DNA of 64,000 nucleotides, taken from the NCBI GenBank assembly GCA_028534125.1, contig CM052816.1, positions 87,980,001-88,044,000 of the forward strand, written 5' to 3'. The stretch comes from Lama glama (lineage: Eukaryota). Every line of letters begins with the position of its first letter. Position 1 is the first letter of the stretch. The notes under the pieces were generated by a model, which had not been told where the DNA came from, made no database searches, and worked only from the letters and a program-made list of their open reading frames with translations. The translations under genes were made by a program, and so were the position numbers. Below are positions 1 to 13,454 of the stretch, in pieces.

Positions 1-369
1 AGGAAGAAATTCAAAAAGAATAGCCCTACACATTCTGTGAGCAAAGACTAAACCTGCATAGAGCTACACCCCAGTGAAGATCAGACCCAGGGGAAAGACA
101 GAGTTTGTATCAAGAACACATTGCAGGAAACCAAAGATAATTATATTGTGCTGATTTTCGCTTTCCATGATATTGAATAAAAATAAGAAATCCATAAAGG
201 AAGAGATCGTGAGAGAGAAAGTGTAATGAGATGGCATAGACCTAAAGAAGCAAACTGATGATAAATTAAAATTATTGCAGAAATTAGAAACCACTGAAGA
301 TAAAGGAAAACAATGTAGTTTATTGCTGACATACTTCAGTTTGACGTAAGAGAAAGCTTGGCTCAGACA

Positions 370-1965
370 GATGTTGTTTTTCTGAGAAAGTTCTTTTTTT
401 TCTTCACTTTTGAAAGAAAACTTCACAAGGTACACAGTTCTAGGTTGGTGCCTTATTTTCACTCAACACTTTAAATATTTCTCTACTCCTCCTCATCTTG
501 CTCACACTGCTTAGTGTTCTCTGAGCTTTCTGGAGCTGTTGTTTGATGTCTGACATAAATTGGGGAAAATCTTTAGTCGTATTATTTCAAATATTTTCTC
601 TGTTCCTTCTCTTTTTCGTCGCCTTCTGATATTCCCATCATATGTATGTTGTACCTTTTATAGTTCTTTTATAGTTGTCTCACAGTTCTCTACAGTCCTT
701 GAACCGTCTCTTCTTCTTCTTCTTCTTCTTCTTTTTTTTTTTTTGTCTTCTATACCCTTTGTTTCTCAGTTGGAATATTCTATTGATACATCCTCTAGCT
801 CAGAAATTCTTTCAGTCATGCCCAGGCTTCTAATGAGCTCATCAAACATACCTTTCATTCCTGCTATTCTGTTTCTTATCTCTATCATTTCTTTTTGTTT
901 GTTTCTTAGGATGTCCAACTCTCTGCTTATGTTGCCCTTCTGTTTTTGCATGCTACTTTATCCATTAGAGTCCTTAGCACATTAATCGTAGTTTCAAATT
1001 TGCAATATGATCATTTCAACATCCTTGCCAGGTCTGATTCTAGTACTTGCTCTGTTTCTTCAAATTGTGTTGCTGTTGCCTTTTAGTATGACTTATAATT
1101 TTCTTTTCCCTCTCTCTCTCTCTCTTTTTTTTTTTGATAGTCAAACATAATGTAGTGAGTAAAAGGAATATCTATAAATAGGCTTGTAGTAAACTGGTGG
1201 TGAGATGTTGGGAGAGAGGAAAAGCATTCTATAGTCCTATGATAAGGTCTTAGACTTTTAGTAAACCTATACCTCTAGGCTGTGAATTTCACAAGTGTTT
1301 CTCAGTGTTTTTTTTTTTTTTCCTCCTTTAATTTGGCCAGGATGGCTAAAGTGGGCTGGAGTTGACTATTTCCCTTCTTCCAGGCAGAAGGCTAGAGCCA
1401 GCTGGAGTGGAATATTTACCTTTCCCAGGGCAGTTGGTCGCTGATAATATCCAGGTGAATTGAGCCCTGGTAACTGATTTCCCCTGAGGGCAGGCCTTGT
1501 TAAAAAGAATAGCATGCACAGGATGGCCTATTTCAAAATTGTCCCTTTTCCCTTCCTGCTGCTGGAAGCCTAAGGGGATTTTTCTATGAGATATTATCTG
1601 TGGGAGCCTGGGGCAGCTCTTGGAGGTAAATGCCAGAAAACTGTGTACCCCTGGAATTTTTAACTCTTAAGCTTGTCCACACTGAGCCCCAGCAGTTCCT
1701 CAATGACAGTTCAGGTTTTCCAACCCTGGAGCTGTTTCCTGAGGAGGTTTCCACTCGTGAGCCCCTGTTCTGGTAAGCTGGGACTCCCTGCATTCACGTA
1801 TCTATCTCTGCAGTCTTGGGGGCAGCAGTTTATTCTATGTCCTCCAACATTTTATGGATCCAAGAAGAGTTGTAGATTTCTCAGTCTGTTCAATCTTTTA
1901 ACTTGTCACTAGGGTAGGATAGTAACTTCCAAGCTCCTTGGTTGAGGAACCAGAAATCAGAAGTC
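370..1965 (-). mobile_element. Old LINE-1 5' region (5'UTR plus degenerate ORF1), L1MC/L1MD-like
   Basis: ORF 766..951(-) MQKQKGNISRELDILRNKQKEMIEIRNRIAGMKGMFDELIRSLGMTERISELED resembles the L1 ORF1p coiled-coil region. The sequence from ~1000 to 1965 resembles an old L1 5'UTR in antisense. Confidence 0.8.
709..733. repeat. (CTT)n microsatellite inside the L1
   Basis: About 8 tandem ctt units followed by poly-T. Confidence 0.9.
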
Positions 1966-4399
1966 CTTTCCAAAGTCTCCGAAATCAATCATTTGTATGC
2001 TTCATAAGCATTTTATACCTGAGATATCTCAATGAAATTCTGTTCCATCCATAAGTAAAAAATTGAGGTGGGGGGGGAGATGCACAGAATATAGATATAA
2101 TTATAAAGTCTGTATTTTAAGTTTGGGATTAAGTGAAATGTAAATGTAATATTTTGCCATAGTAATTTTATAATTTTGTGTTAAGTGCCTCCTCAAAGAA
2201 TATGATTAGATGTAATGCTTTTCCTAGGCATTCACTTAATTACAAAATACTTTAAAGCAACAGCTTTCTGTCACTAAATATTTTGTCTTCTATTATCCCT
2301 TTTGGGATTGTCCACAAAAAATTAACTTATGACTATAAAATCATTGAATTTGATAAAAATGTAACCTGTACATTTGAAGTACAGTGTGATATGTATGATT
2401 AATTGAATAAAGGGAATGGCATTTAGAGAGGAGAAAAAATATACCTCTTTCCATTTTGATTCCAGCTCCTTTTATAAAGCCAAAATTGTTTTCATTAGAC
2501 AATCAATCCAATGAAGGAAAAGAGAGAAAATGAAACAATACCCTGTAGGAAGCCATTACATCTGATTGCCATTCATAAATTATTTCTTTTTTATACTAAT
2601 TTCTTTACTTTTATGATTATTAATGAGCAAGTAAGATATTTTATTCATTGAAACAATAAATCATATCAAATTCATGCAAGTATTCCTTTGTATTTTTAAT
2701 AAAAGTAAATCAACATAGTTCTTTATTAGAGTATTTTTTTCTTGCTTGCATTTATTTAATTTATTTGTCTGTGAACTTGAATAATCAGTTGTTTTAAGAA
2801 CCTCAAATAGAATTTTCCTCATTTGTAAAATACTTCAACCATAATGTTGACCCTTTACTCTTGAGACATTTTGACATGTGTTCAGGTATTCAAGCTCGCA
2901 GGGCTAATTTAAGTTCCACTGAATTTGTATATTTGTTTTTCCTGTCATGATATTCCTTTTAGTTCTCAATCCTGCTGTCAAGACAAATATTAACTTTGTG
3001 TTCGCAAAGTCCAACACAACTATGATACTCAATAAAAAGATGCTTTAACTTCTGAGAATTTGGATCCATAAGAAAACAGTATCACTAGGAGTTTCATCTA
3101 CCAGAAAAGAAAGTGATGATTTCAGTTCTGTACAAAGCCAAGGAAATAAAGTATCTGAGATTTTTCCCCTTGATTTCCTAGGGGTGCAAAATAATCAATA
3201 AAAGGCAGCAAGGCAGGTTTGCTATGTTCTAGCTTTGCTCTCAAAAAAGCAACCTTTATCTTTGTGAAATGGGGTTTCCTGTTCAAATCAGATTGGTCTC
3301 TTCTTTAATGGTATTGTGATTAGCTTCCTTTATTTTGAGAATAATAGCAATGTTTACCATGATACTCTGACATCCAAGCAGCCGAGGGACTCTGATACAT
3401 ATTTGAAGATGCAGCCTTTTAAAAATCAGAATGTATATCACATTTCTGGTTTTTTCTCCACAAATTCTGGTTCTACTTTGTGTGAGGGAATAAAAAAGAT
3501 AATCAAGGCATGGGTACCTTGTAGAGACTGGTAGTCCTTTTGCCTGTAAAGATGTAAAGTACTACAACAAGAACCTCTATTTATACACTTAAATTTAAGT
3601 CCTTCTCTCAATGCAACTTAAGAAATAGAAGACTGAGTAGTGTTTATTATGGCACTGGTTCTTTAGCAATATTGGGTTCATTGAAGGCAAAAAATTTTTT
3701 TCAATGCTCAAAACTTCTTAACAGGAAGGGAGGGCATTTGAAATTGATCAAGATTTAGTATTTATCTCCTCCTGACAACCAGATTTGAATCTAATGTATG
3801 TACTTCTCACATTCTGTGTGTTTACAGTCTTCATTAGAAGCCAAGAGATGCACAAAAGAAGTGAAAAGGCTATCCTATTACTGTCTTCTTATTCTCAGAC
3901 TGTTCCTCTCCTCACCATTTTACTGTCAATACTAAACTTTATGACTCCAGTTATAAAGAGAACAACTAGATGTGGCCCGCTAAACTATTTGACACCCAAT
4001 TTCCCCCCTACCAAATAAACACCCTCTCCTTATTATGGTGGGAAAAGCAATTAGGGTGATTGGAGGATTCTGTTACTTAAAGAAGCCACATATGACACGC
4101 GCTGAGATAATGATGCAAGAGATTGTAGACAAGAGAAGAGAATTAATGCAAAGTGGATGGAAGTTAGTGGATAAACGAGAGAAAGAAAGAGAGAATATTG
4201 TTTGGAAGTATTATGGTGACCATTCTCCAACATTTTAGGTTCCTAGAGAATAAGAAAAGGCAGGAATTTTAATAAAATATTTTTGTACTTCCTTGTTATT
4301 AAAAGCTATATGAGTAAAAAAAGTAAATGGATAATCTGAGGCTTTGAAATCAGTCTTAATACTTTTAGTTTATAAATGTATTTGCAATCAGGAAGCCGC

Positions 4400-4750
4400 T
4401 GCAATAAGTTAATTAGGAAGTGGCGTGTTGTAATCTAGACCAGAGTCACAAGAGATAACTGTGACTTGTAGTGAGACAGTGATTGTAGAGATCAAGTTAA
4501 TGAATGGGTCTGAGATAGGTAGAGGCTAAATCAATGGATGAGGTGATGGATTGAAGTTGATTTTGTGGGAGAGAAAGTGGTAAAGAATGGTTCAGTTAAG
4601 TTTAATTTAAGTGATTTCTCACTTGTTCAGCTACTTAGTTGGAGGTATATCATCCACATGAATAAGAATCACTAAGGAGGACTGAGTTTTAGTGGAAAAA
4701 TCATGAATTTGCTATTGAAATATTTGTGTTATTTCTGACTTCATATATTT
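4400..4750 (+). mobile_element. Degenerate L2 fragment
   Basis: Purine-rich L2-like text (taatctagaccagag...gaggtgatggattgaag...catgaatttgctattgaaatattt). Confidence 0.45.
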
Positions 4751-4859
4751 GAGTACATATATTAAATAAATAGACTTGACCTACATTTCTTAGAAAAAAA
4801 AATGAAGAAGATACAGGACGATGGCTGGATTCTGCATGGCTCTGAGGTGGGGTCCCTAG

Positions 4860-5060
4860 GTATAAATTGTGGTTCCACCATTTTCTAGATATATGACTAT
4901 GGACCAATTATTTAGATGACAGGTGCTGCTTTCTTGCTATCTGTGACCTCAAAATAGTGATAGTACTTAAACTTATTTAAGTATTATAAGGTTTAAATGG
5001 TGTAATACATGTAAAGTTTAGTACCTAAAAAGTACTCAATTAAGAGAACTTGCTATTATT
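4860..5060 (+). mobile_element. MIR SINE
   Basis: MIR core and tail-like motifs (aaaatagtgatagtactt...taatacatgtaaag...tactcaatt...gctattatt). Confidence 0.55.
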
Positions 5061-5872
5061 GGCATTAATATTATTATTACTGTTACACTCATTATTGTAC
5101 ATAAGGGTCCACCTTCCAAGCTATAATCTTATCAAGATCAGGGTTTTTTTCTTGTTTATCTTTGTTGTTCTTATGTTGTCCAGCATTTAAGTACTCATTA
5201 ACATTTATGGACTTAAAGTGAATAACACTAAAACTCATTGTTTCAAAATTGGGTTAGGTCTAAGCTTTTTAAATCAAGGGCCAATAACCCATAACACTAA
5301 TTTACTCTCTCAGGGAATAGGATAGTCCTGGGATTCAGAAGCATGAATTTCAGAACTTGATTTTGTGCTCTTTTTCATTAAGCATTTTTATGTATTTATT
5401 TAAGTCACTTCAAATGAATAAGCCAGGTAGGGCTGGCTCTGTGTCATATTTCTTTTATGTTCTTCAAAGATAGTAGAAAATAATTTAGTGTACTCAAGGA
5501 AGTCAATAAATATTTCATAGAATCATAGCACCTTAACACTGACATTAACATTAGGAGGCAACCTTTCATTGGGTCCTGGAGATGAAACAGTGGTCCTGGG
5601 AGGCTGTCACGCTTGCATGAGTTTATAAACAGAAGCAAAGAAGAGACAGGCCTAGAATCAGACATTATAACCCCTCTCTCTCTCTCCACAACAATGCATT
5701 GCTTCTCTGTTCACTTATTTTTTGACAAAAGAAACAAACAAGCAAACAAACAGCAATAAAGCACACACAGCAATGAAGTCCTGGAGAGCAGCAACGATGG
5801 AAATATCCACTAGCCTTAAAAATAAGTGTTGCAGATGCTCCAGCACGTTTGAGCGAAGATGGTGTCAGTCAC

Positions 5873-6380
5873 TGCTTCAGTTACTAATGGCTGCTCTAAC
5901 AACTTACCACAATGCCTGGGGTTACAAAACTCATTTATGATCTCACAGTTATGTGGAAGTCCACGATGGTGTGGCTGATACTCTGTTTAAGGCATCACTG
6001 AGCTGAAATCAAAGTATTGGCCAGGGCTACACTTCTCCTCTCAGGCTCGTATTCTTTTCCTAACCTCTGCTGGTTGTTGGCAGAATTCAGTCCTTTGCAG
6101 CTGTAGGACTGATGTCCCCATTTCCTTGACACCTCCCCCCCACCTGCTTTCATTTACACAACAATGGTGTGTGGTATCCTGATTCTTCAAATCTCTGTCT
6201 TATTCTTGGACCAGACCTCTCAGATTTCCTCTTCTGCACTAAGAGGAAAGACAGATCTGCTTTTAAAGGGCTCTGTGATTAGATTGGCTCTACCATATAA
6301 TCCAAAGTAACCTTTCTATTTTAAAGTTAACTGATTAGCAACTTTAATTACATCTGCCATATTCCTTTTGCCATGTATTG
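5873..6380 (-). mobile_element. MaLR solo LTR (MLT1 family)
   Basis: Typical antisense MLT1 text: gctgctctaacaacttaccacaa...tctcacagtt...gctgaaatcaaagtattggccagggct...gttggcagaattcagtcctttgcagctgtaggactga...ttaattacatctgc. Confidence 0.75.
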
Positions 6381-7528
6381 CAAATGATGTCAGCCCTGAT
6401 ATCAGATCTACTACATTTCCAATGGATCAATCAAAGGTAAACATGCATTAACCTAATACTACAGCCAACATATAGAAACTGAACTGTCTATTTTAAAAAT
6501 GAAAGATACAAATAGAAATGCAACCAATTAAAACAATGGTACCATGAAACAGTTGATGGCAATATAACAGCTTTTCAGCTACTCATTTTATAATGCAGAT
6601 TCTAATCTAATTATCATACGTATTTTTGAAGCTGAGTAGAAATGTACTTTGCAGCTATGTGAATATTCTAAAAACATTAAGAATAAATGACAATCTGAAA
6701 TGAAATTAAACCATCCAAGGAATAAAGCTGTATGCCATAAACATAACTGGAAACAGAAAATATGATCTTGTGGTTAAAATGCATAGCACTACGGAGTCTG
6801 TATAAAAGGCAGTCCTAGGAGGTAACTGAAAGTCACGTTGTCAATATTATCAAGAGCATTAAGGCTTGATAAGTGTTTGAATGCTATCAAATACCATCTA
6901 TGTAAATAAAAGGGTGCTTATCTGGGAGGTTAAAAGAGAATGTAGATTACCCTGGGATTTATAGACTGAAACCAAGATGTAAACTTTAAACCTCTTTGTT
7001 CCTGGATTGTTAGCCTCAAGATTGTTCTCCAGAGATTTGCAGTTGCTGCAACAAATCTGTAAGGCTTCCAAATCTTCCATTCTTTGTTTTCAAATCCACT
7101 GGCTTGTTTTCTCTGGGAGTCATTTTATTTCCTATTCTTAAATGAGACTTGATTTGCACACTTTAACTTGATTTCCTTCTTTGAGAGAGATGGTATGAGA
7201 TTTATTACTTCTGTGGAAACCACAGCACTTCTCTTCCCCAACAACACGAAAAAGAAGAAACTGTTGCTAATTATATTTTTTAAAATAGCAGATATCAGAA
7301 TGTGCAGCTGTTTTCATCGTTAACAGTTGCTCCTTTTTTTTCTCAATATAGTAAGAAAATTACTTGCCAATTTAAGAAATCACCTTTAGAATTCTTCAGA
7401 AATCTAGTCCCCTGTGATTATTTTCTATAGTTAGACATGTTTTATAGGTTTAAACAATTATCTAGAGCACTGAAGGCATCATCAAATGCAAGACAGTAGA
7501 TGCCCTGAGTAAAGACTAAAGATGTTTT

Positions 7529-7773
7529 GGATGTGAGGGCGATCTGGCTGTGACATCTGTCACCCCATTGATCGCCAGGGTTGATTCTGGTGATCTGGCT
7601 GGCTAGGCAGGTGTCCTCCTTCCTCCCTCACCACTCCATGTGTGACCCTCCCTCCCGAAGCTGCTCTCTCAGTCAAAGAGGATGACCATCCCCAATAGAG
7701 GAGGACCGTCCCTCTCGGTCAAGGGTATACGAGCAGCTGCACTCCCCTGCTAGAACCTCCAAACAAGCTCTCA
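7529..7773 (+). pseudogene. RN7SK: 7SK snRNA retropseudogene, intact 5' end, 3'-truncated at about nt 240
   Basis: Starts GGATGTGAGGGCGATCTGGCTG, the 7SK 5' end, and follows 7SK colinearly to ...GCTAGAACCTCCAAACAAGCTCTCA. It shows many CpG>TpG/CpA changes and is flanked by imperfect 16-bp direct repeats (7513-7528 / 7774-7789). Confidence 0.95.
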
Positions 7774-7884
7774 GGACCAGAGATGTTTTTATGTCCCTAA
7801 GAAATGATCACATAGAAAACGATGAATTTTTATATCATGTAGGAATAACATTGAGAGGAGGATTTTATTACATACTCCATCATT

Positions 7885-8330
7885 TATACTCCAACCAGGA
7901 AAACAAAAAACATTCAGAGAATTTGAAACAGAAGGAATTCAATGAGGGAATTGATAAGAGTACAGAGAAAAGCCGAGAAATCCACTGGGTTTAGTAAGGA
8001 AGCCTAATGAGAAGTTACTGCTCCTGTAGCCTGGATGGACAATTGGGGATGTGTTAGTTCCAAAGTCCTGGGGCTGGGCCACCAGTCCCAGCTGCAGCCA
8101 AGCTGCCTCTCTTGTGAAAACGAGAGGCAGCAGCTAGAGCTGCCACCTGACCTGTTGGAGGGGAAGAAATCCCCAAGCTTCTCCCTCTTGGGCTCAAGCT
8201 GAAGGTGCTTTTTCCCACACCTCTGATTGGCCGATGCCAGAAAGAGCAGTCCACTGATAAGGTCTTTGTGAATCAGCCTGCGGCACATCCAGCCAAACAG
8301 AAGAGAGCAAGAGCTAGGCTGTGAATGGCC
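7885..8330 (-). mobile_element. Old ERVL-class LTR remnant (LTR33/LTR41-like)
   Basis: tccaaccaggaaaacaaaaaacattcagagaatttgaaacagaaggaattcaatgagggaattg and ctctgattggccga...ccagccaaacagaagag resemble antisense ERVL LTR text. Confidence 0.5.
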
Positions 8331-9977
8331 CCGAGGTTGTACGTACACAAACAACCCAAAGAACCAATGTCTGATTATACCTTCTACCACACTGCCCGTA
8401 AGCCAACGTCTGACACATTTTTAACATTCCAGTGTAGCCTCTGTTTATTCCAAATTGTGTTCCAAAGCAGTATATTAGCTCTCTTTCTCTCTTTCTTCCT
8501 CCTCGTCATCAAAGCTTAATCAGTGGAAAGAAAACCAAGATTCAGTGAATCTAGCATTTTTGTTCTGTTTTGTTTTGTTTTCTTCTTTTTTTCTCACAAG
8601 TTTCTCTATGTGTGGACTTGGATATTATCTCTTACAATCTTTTTGTGACTCAGTTGACTCAGCGATAAAAAGAAATAGTATCATAAAGAGATCATATCTT
8701 TAATTGTAAACATCTATAAAAATCCAGATTGTAAGTGTTTATCAAATTCTACCTTATGTAAAAATACTTTCTCCTAAGAAATGGTACCCAAGTTAAATCA
8801 GGTTAAAATGCATCAGAAGTTACATTTAATAAAATGACAACATCTAAAAATCTAGAAATTTTACAAACTTTAAAGTGTTAGCATTTGTTGACTGTGGATA
8901 GTAAGATTGTGAGTGATTTATAGATGATTTATAGATTCTACTTTTTGCTATGCTTCTAAAATGTTTCAAATATATAATTTAATAGAAAAAATAGAAACAA
9001 AAATAAAATAATTATATTAGACCTTAGTGTCTGCATGTTGATGTATATGGTTCTTGGTTTTATTGAAGTTCTCTTAAGAGACCATATGTAACACTTCATA
9101 TAGTAAATATTAAACAAAGGGGAGATAGTGCTGAAAGCTAGTGCTGAAAAGCAAATAGCAAGGCAATTAGTTGGGTATTTGTTCTTCTAGACCAGGATCT
9201 CCTCCTCCTTCCCGCAGGGAGAAAGCCCGCAGGGAAGAAAAAAGCAGTGAATGATTTTTAAAATGGGAACCACCCACCTGGTCTCAGAAGAAATTCTAAT
9301 AAAGAAAAGAGAAAAAAAGCAGAGCAAATGAAAAATTATTCTATTTTATGTTGATTTGGATAATTGCTTCTTTTGGACATAATTTAATTTTAATATTAAA
9401 ATAACACTATTACCCTTTATCGGAAGCTCGCTGTGTGCTATGAGCTGTGCTAATCTCTTTCTGCATATTCTCTCACAGCAACACTAAGTGATGAAAAGTT
9501 GTATTAAATTGTTCCTTTAACAGAAATGAATGTTTAGAGAGATTTACTGAGAAATCTTTAAGAACATGTGTAAAGTTCTATACACACCCAGAAAGTTACA
9601 GAGAGGGTAATCAAGTACAGATTTTCACTAAAACTTTGCTAAACTATATGCTTCCCTAATACCATTGATTATTTTGATAAATATTTTGATCCAGATTTAC
9701 TGAGTTTAGAGATTCTGTATGATCTTAGTATTTAAGTTTTTACATGCAATCTGGAGTTGAGGGGGAAAAAAAAAGACCATGATAGACCATACAATTAATC
9801 TAGGTTACAAAATACTTACAGTAAATTTAGGATTAAGATTTAGATAATTTTACTGGTTTATGTTTGAGTTGGCAATTCATGCAATCATCAAAACAGAAAA
9901 CATAACTGAATCTATAGATTTTTGGGTGTTGTTAGAGTAGTCCAAACTGTTCAGTTTAATGGAGAGAAGTGTTTGAG

Positions 9978-10054
9978 GTGTGTGTGTGTGTGCGTGTGTG
10001 TGTAGACACATATAAACGCATTAAAAAGAACAAACCATTATATATATATATATA
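9978..10054. repeat. (TG)n and (TA)n microsatellites
   Basis: Direct inspection. Confidence 0.9.
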
Positions 10055-11490
10055 TTTTATTTCTGTTTGGAATAGAAAACTAGAACTTTGCTTGAGGGAA
10101 AAGCCTCCAGGCATATCAAAATTTCTCTTATCAGAGTGTCTTTTAGGAAAAACCAGATGAAGCATTCAGTTAGTCGAAGGTTTTTGCTTTTCTTTTTTAA
10201 GAACAACAACAACAAAAATTGATCTATTGTGTACATTTAGTTTTCTTTTCACATTCCCAGAAAAAAAGAAATAGCAGGGAGTCTTCAACTACCTAATAAC
10301 TCTTGAATGATCTTTAAATACATTAGCACATTATTTTATAATTGTATAGGGAATGACCTAAAGAAATAAAAAATTAAACAATGTAAGTAATATTAAATTA
10401 TTTTTATACTCATTATAACTTTAAAATGAAATCTAAAATTGAAACATACATAATCCATGCATTTACACGTATATTTACGTACCAGTTATTTCAAGCTGTT
10501 CCTTCATAACAATTATAGTGCATGTATTTGTATTTGTACGTGTGTGTACATGTGTATGTGTGCATTTGAAGTTTCAAATATATTTCATGGCTGGTAGGAG
10601 CTTTCTCTTTTCTTTCTGATAGGGGGATATAAAGCTTCCAAAGGCAGGCCATCTTTCAGTCAATAAGAGCCTAAAGGGTCTTACTGACCCTACATGAGCA
10701 AGATGCATATTAACAAAAATGACTTTTGTGGTGGCACAATTACCATGCAAAGTGTTGAAAAATATGAAGCATCTCTTGACCAAAACTGAGGACAGATGGT
10801 GAACAAGTATATTATGTAAAAGTGCAAGTGCACAGGGAATATTCAAGTGAGCAGAATGTGATTATGCAAATGAAAAATTCACTTGTAACCAAGAGCACCA
10901 AATATGTAGTGGAACTCGAATTGAATGATTCAACAAAGTACAGAGTATGTTCCTGGATTTATGATTATAACCTAAAGGGTTGGTCTCTGGAAAAATGAGG
11001 AAGCAGCTACGCACGATCCACCTTCCTCTTACCTAGTCTTTTGTATTTCAGCTATTGTAGAATAAGGATAACTTTAAAAAGGTATATCTCTCTTTTCTAT
11101 AATTCCATTTATTCAGTTTTTTTTTGTCAGATTACTAATGTCATCTTAGAAAATAATTTGGCAAGCGGTTGCACATTATAACATGAATGTTACCTCCACA
11201 GAGGTATTACTGAAGAGAGATCACAGGAAAAGGGCAATGAGTACTTATCATTACCTACCACTCAAGAAAATAGCAGAAATGTAATATTTAGGGAACATTC
11301 TAAAGTACTCAGATTATGTAACTACTTCAACTATCTGTGACAAATCTATGGCTGGACACCTTTGATAATCTGAGGAATCTCTTCTAATGTCTTCAGTAAA
11401 TAAAAGATACTTGTTGGTGATATAGGCAAAGACTCAAAAATTCAGAGCTCAAAGTACATCCAATAGTCTCTTGATTACTGTTAAGAACTA

Positions 11491-11949
11491 TGTGAGATTT
11501 TACCCTGATTGCAAGCAGTGTCATGGATGCTGGTAGAATACATGGGACTCATGGGTCAGAGACAAAGTACTTCATTATTCACAGTGTTTCTGAGTTTTCT
11601 TGTGCCTGTTTCCTGGACCTTGAATCCCACTGGGTGATGTGAAAAAGACCAAGTAACACCTGCACACACAGTGAGCTGGATTATGGGAGGAGACCCCTAA
11701 GTTTAGGGAACCTGCATCATTTATAATGAGCAGTAAGCATACTTCACTGTTGCTCTGGTGGGTGGTGGGGGTGGAGGGCAGGAAGGAGATATTAACTATA
11801 TCTCCCCAAACTGTAAGTAGATCTGTCCTTTCCTCAAGTGAAAGACCCATTCTCTGTCTTGCATCCTTGAAAAGATGACTCAAAACTCCAGGGCAGTCAG
11901 TACCTCATTTGCAGAAACATAAGAGATGCATTGAGGATTGTCTCCTTCA
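11491..11949 (-). mobile_element. ERVL solo LTR (MER54/MER74-like)
   Basis: Begins tgtgagattttaccctga..., contains catggatgctggtagaa...gggtcagagacaaag, and ends ...gaggattgtctccttca, giving TG...CA termini. Confidence 0.7.
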
Positions 11950-12639
11950 AATTTAAGTATCAAAAACAGTAGTATGGAGTATGAAAAATCAGCCCCTTGC
12001 AAAGGAGGCAGCATTTTTCCCACACATTTTCATGATGCTTCTTTTTGTCAAGTATTTGACTCAAAATATTCTGTTAATTGCTTGGTAAAATGTATAAGCT
12101 TTGCTCAAATTACTCAATCTAAAACCTAAAAATAATTATTTCAAAGTCAATGATGATGTGGTTATACTTTTAAAATGATTATAGTAACAGTGGATAAAAC
12201 ATTTTCTTAGAGGAGTTACTGAAAAAGCATTGCTCAATGTTCCAATCCTTTCCAAATTTATTATGAGCCTAATGTGACGTAAGACATATTATTGGAGAAG
12301 GCTTCTACAGTCTGTCATCTTTGGACATCTGTATTATCACTTAGGATGACATTTCTCTATAAATAAAATCACTCCATCTCTAAGTCTTGGGCTTTGGGCT
12401 TGTGTTACCCACATGATGAGCTCCTGGCTACTCTGTTCTCGCTGTCAGACCCCAGGTGTACAAAATGGAGTTGCTCATATGCTTCAAGGCTCAATGCAAT
12501 ACTTGAATCATTGCTCAATGCAATACTTCTTATTCTTGATATAATTTCCCTCACCCTCTTCCATTCCTCCATATGAGTAGAAATTGTTATTCAAGAGTGT
12601 GTTATGTGTGCCCTTCCAATCCTCTTTTCATACTTTGCC

Positions 12640-12950
12640 TTAGATAATGTCATAATGATATTGGTGGCATGTTGATTATTCATGATTTTTACATTGCAGA
12701 CATTCCTTTTGTTACAAATATTTCTCTGCTCCATGCTTTTTCACTCAGCATTGTGGTTTTGAGATCTACCCACATGTAAATCTAGTTCCTTACTTCTGAT
12801 TGTTTTATAGTGTCTCATCTTACGCCTGTACCACGTTTTATATCCCTGTTGCTTCAGTGATGCACAGCTATGTGCCTACGTCCATTCGTTTGTTACCCAC
12901 AGGCAACATAGTGATAAAAATCTTCATGTGTATTTGCTTATGGACCCATA
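12640..12950 (-). mobile_element. Old L1 (L1ME-like) 3' fragment
   Basis: ctttttcactcagcattgtggttttgagatctacccacatg...ctagttccttacttctgattgttttatagtgtctcat is typical antisense L1ME 3' text. Confidence 0.6.
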
Positions 12951-13454
12951 GGAAAAACAGGTCCCAGTGTATAATAATTCACTAATTAAGGTCAGTACCC
13001 TTTACATTATCAACTTGTTCCTTTGCTTCATATCATCTTCTTGCTTATTATTATAAATTTCTTGTGCATGATTGTTATATATCAAGGTCTTTATAGTACA
13101 ATTTCCTTCATTTTACTAAAGCAGTTAGTTGTTCCATTTAGATATCACGTAAGATTGCAGCTCTTTGTATTAAGGAGCATAGTGCTATTGATTTACTCAA
13201 ATTCTTAAGCCTCTAAAGTAGTCTATTTCAAAAAGAGTAGAAATGTGGTCCTGCAGCATGACCTAGGGGTTAGCTTTGACGTGCTTCCTGAATGTGGGCA
13301 TGGCTTGCTGCAGGCTGGGACTCAGTAGAGCAGAAGATGGGAGAAAACGGAGAAGTGGGGACAACACACAAGACCAAGTCCAGGGGAAATAAACGGGAGA
13401 AACCTTCCCTCCGCGCCGTCTCTCCTATCATCTAAGTGATGCCAGAAGGCTCAC

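Noticed and set aside
1..350. Purine-rich start resembling coiled-coil coding sequence
   Set aside because: Multiple stops; most likely a very degenerate L1/HAL1 ORF1 remnant, but I could not assign it with confidence.
560..985. 141-aa hydrophobic plus-strand ORF
   Set aside because: Antisense of L1 ORF1 plus a CTT microsatellite and poly-T.
8004..8390. 128-aa ORF
   Set aside because: Falls inside an LTR-like remnant; no recognisable protein.
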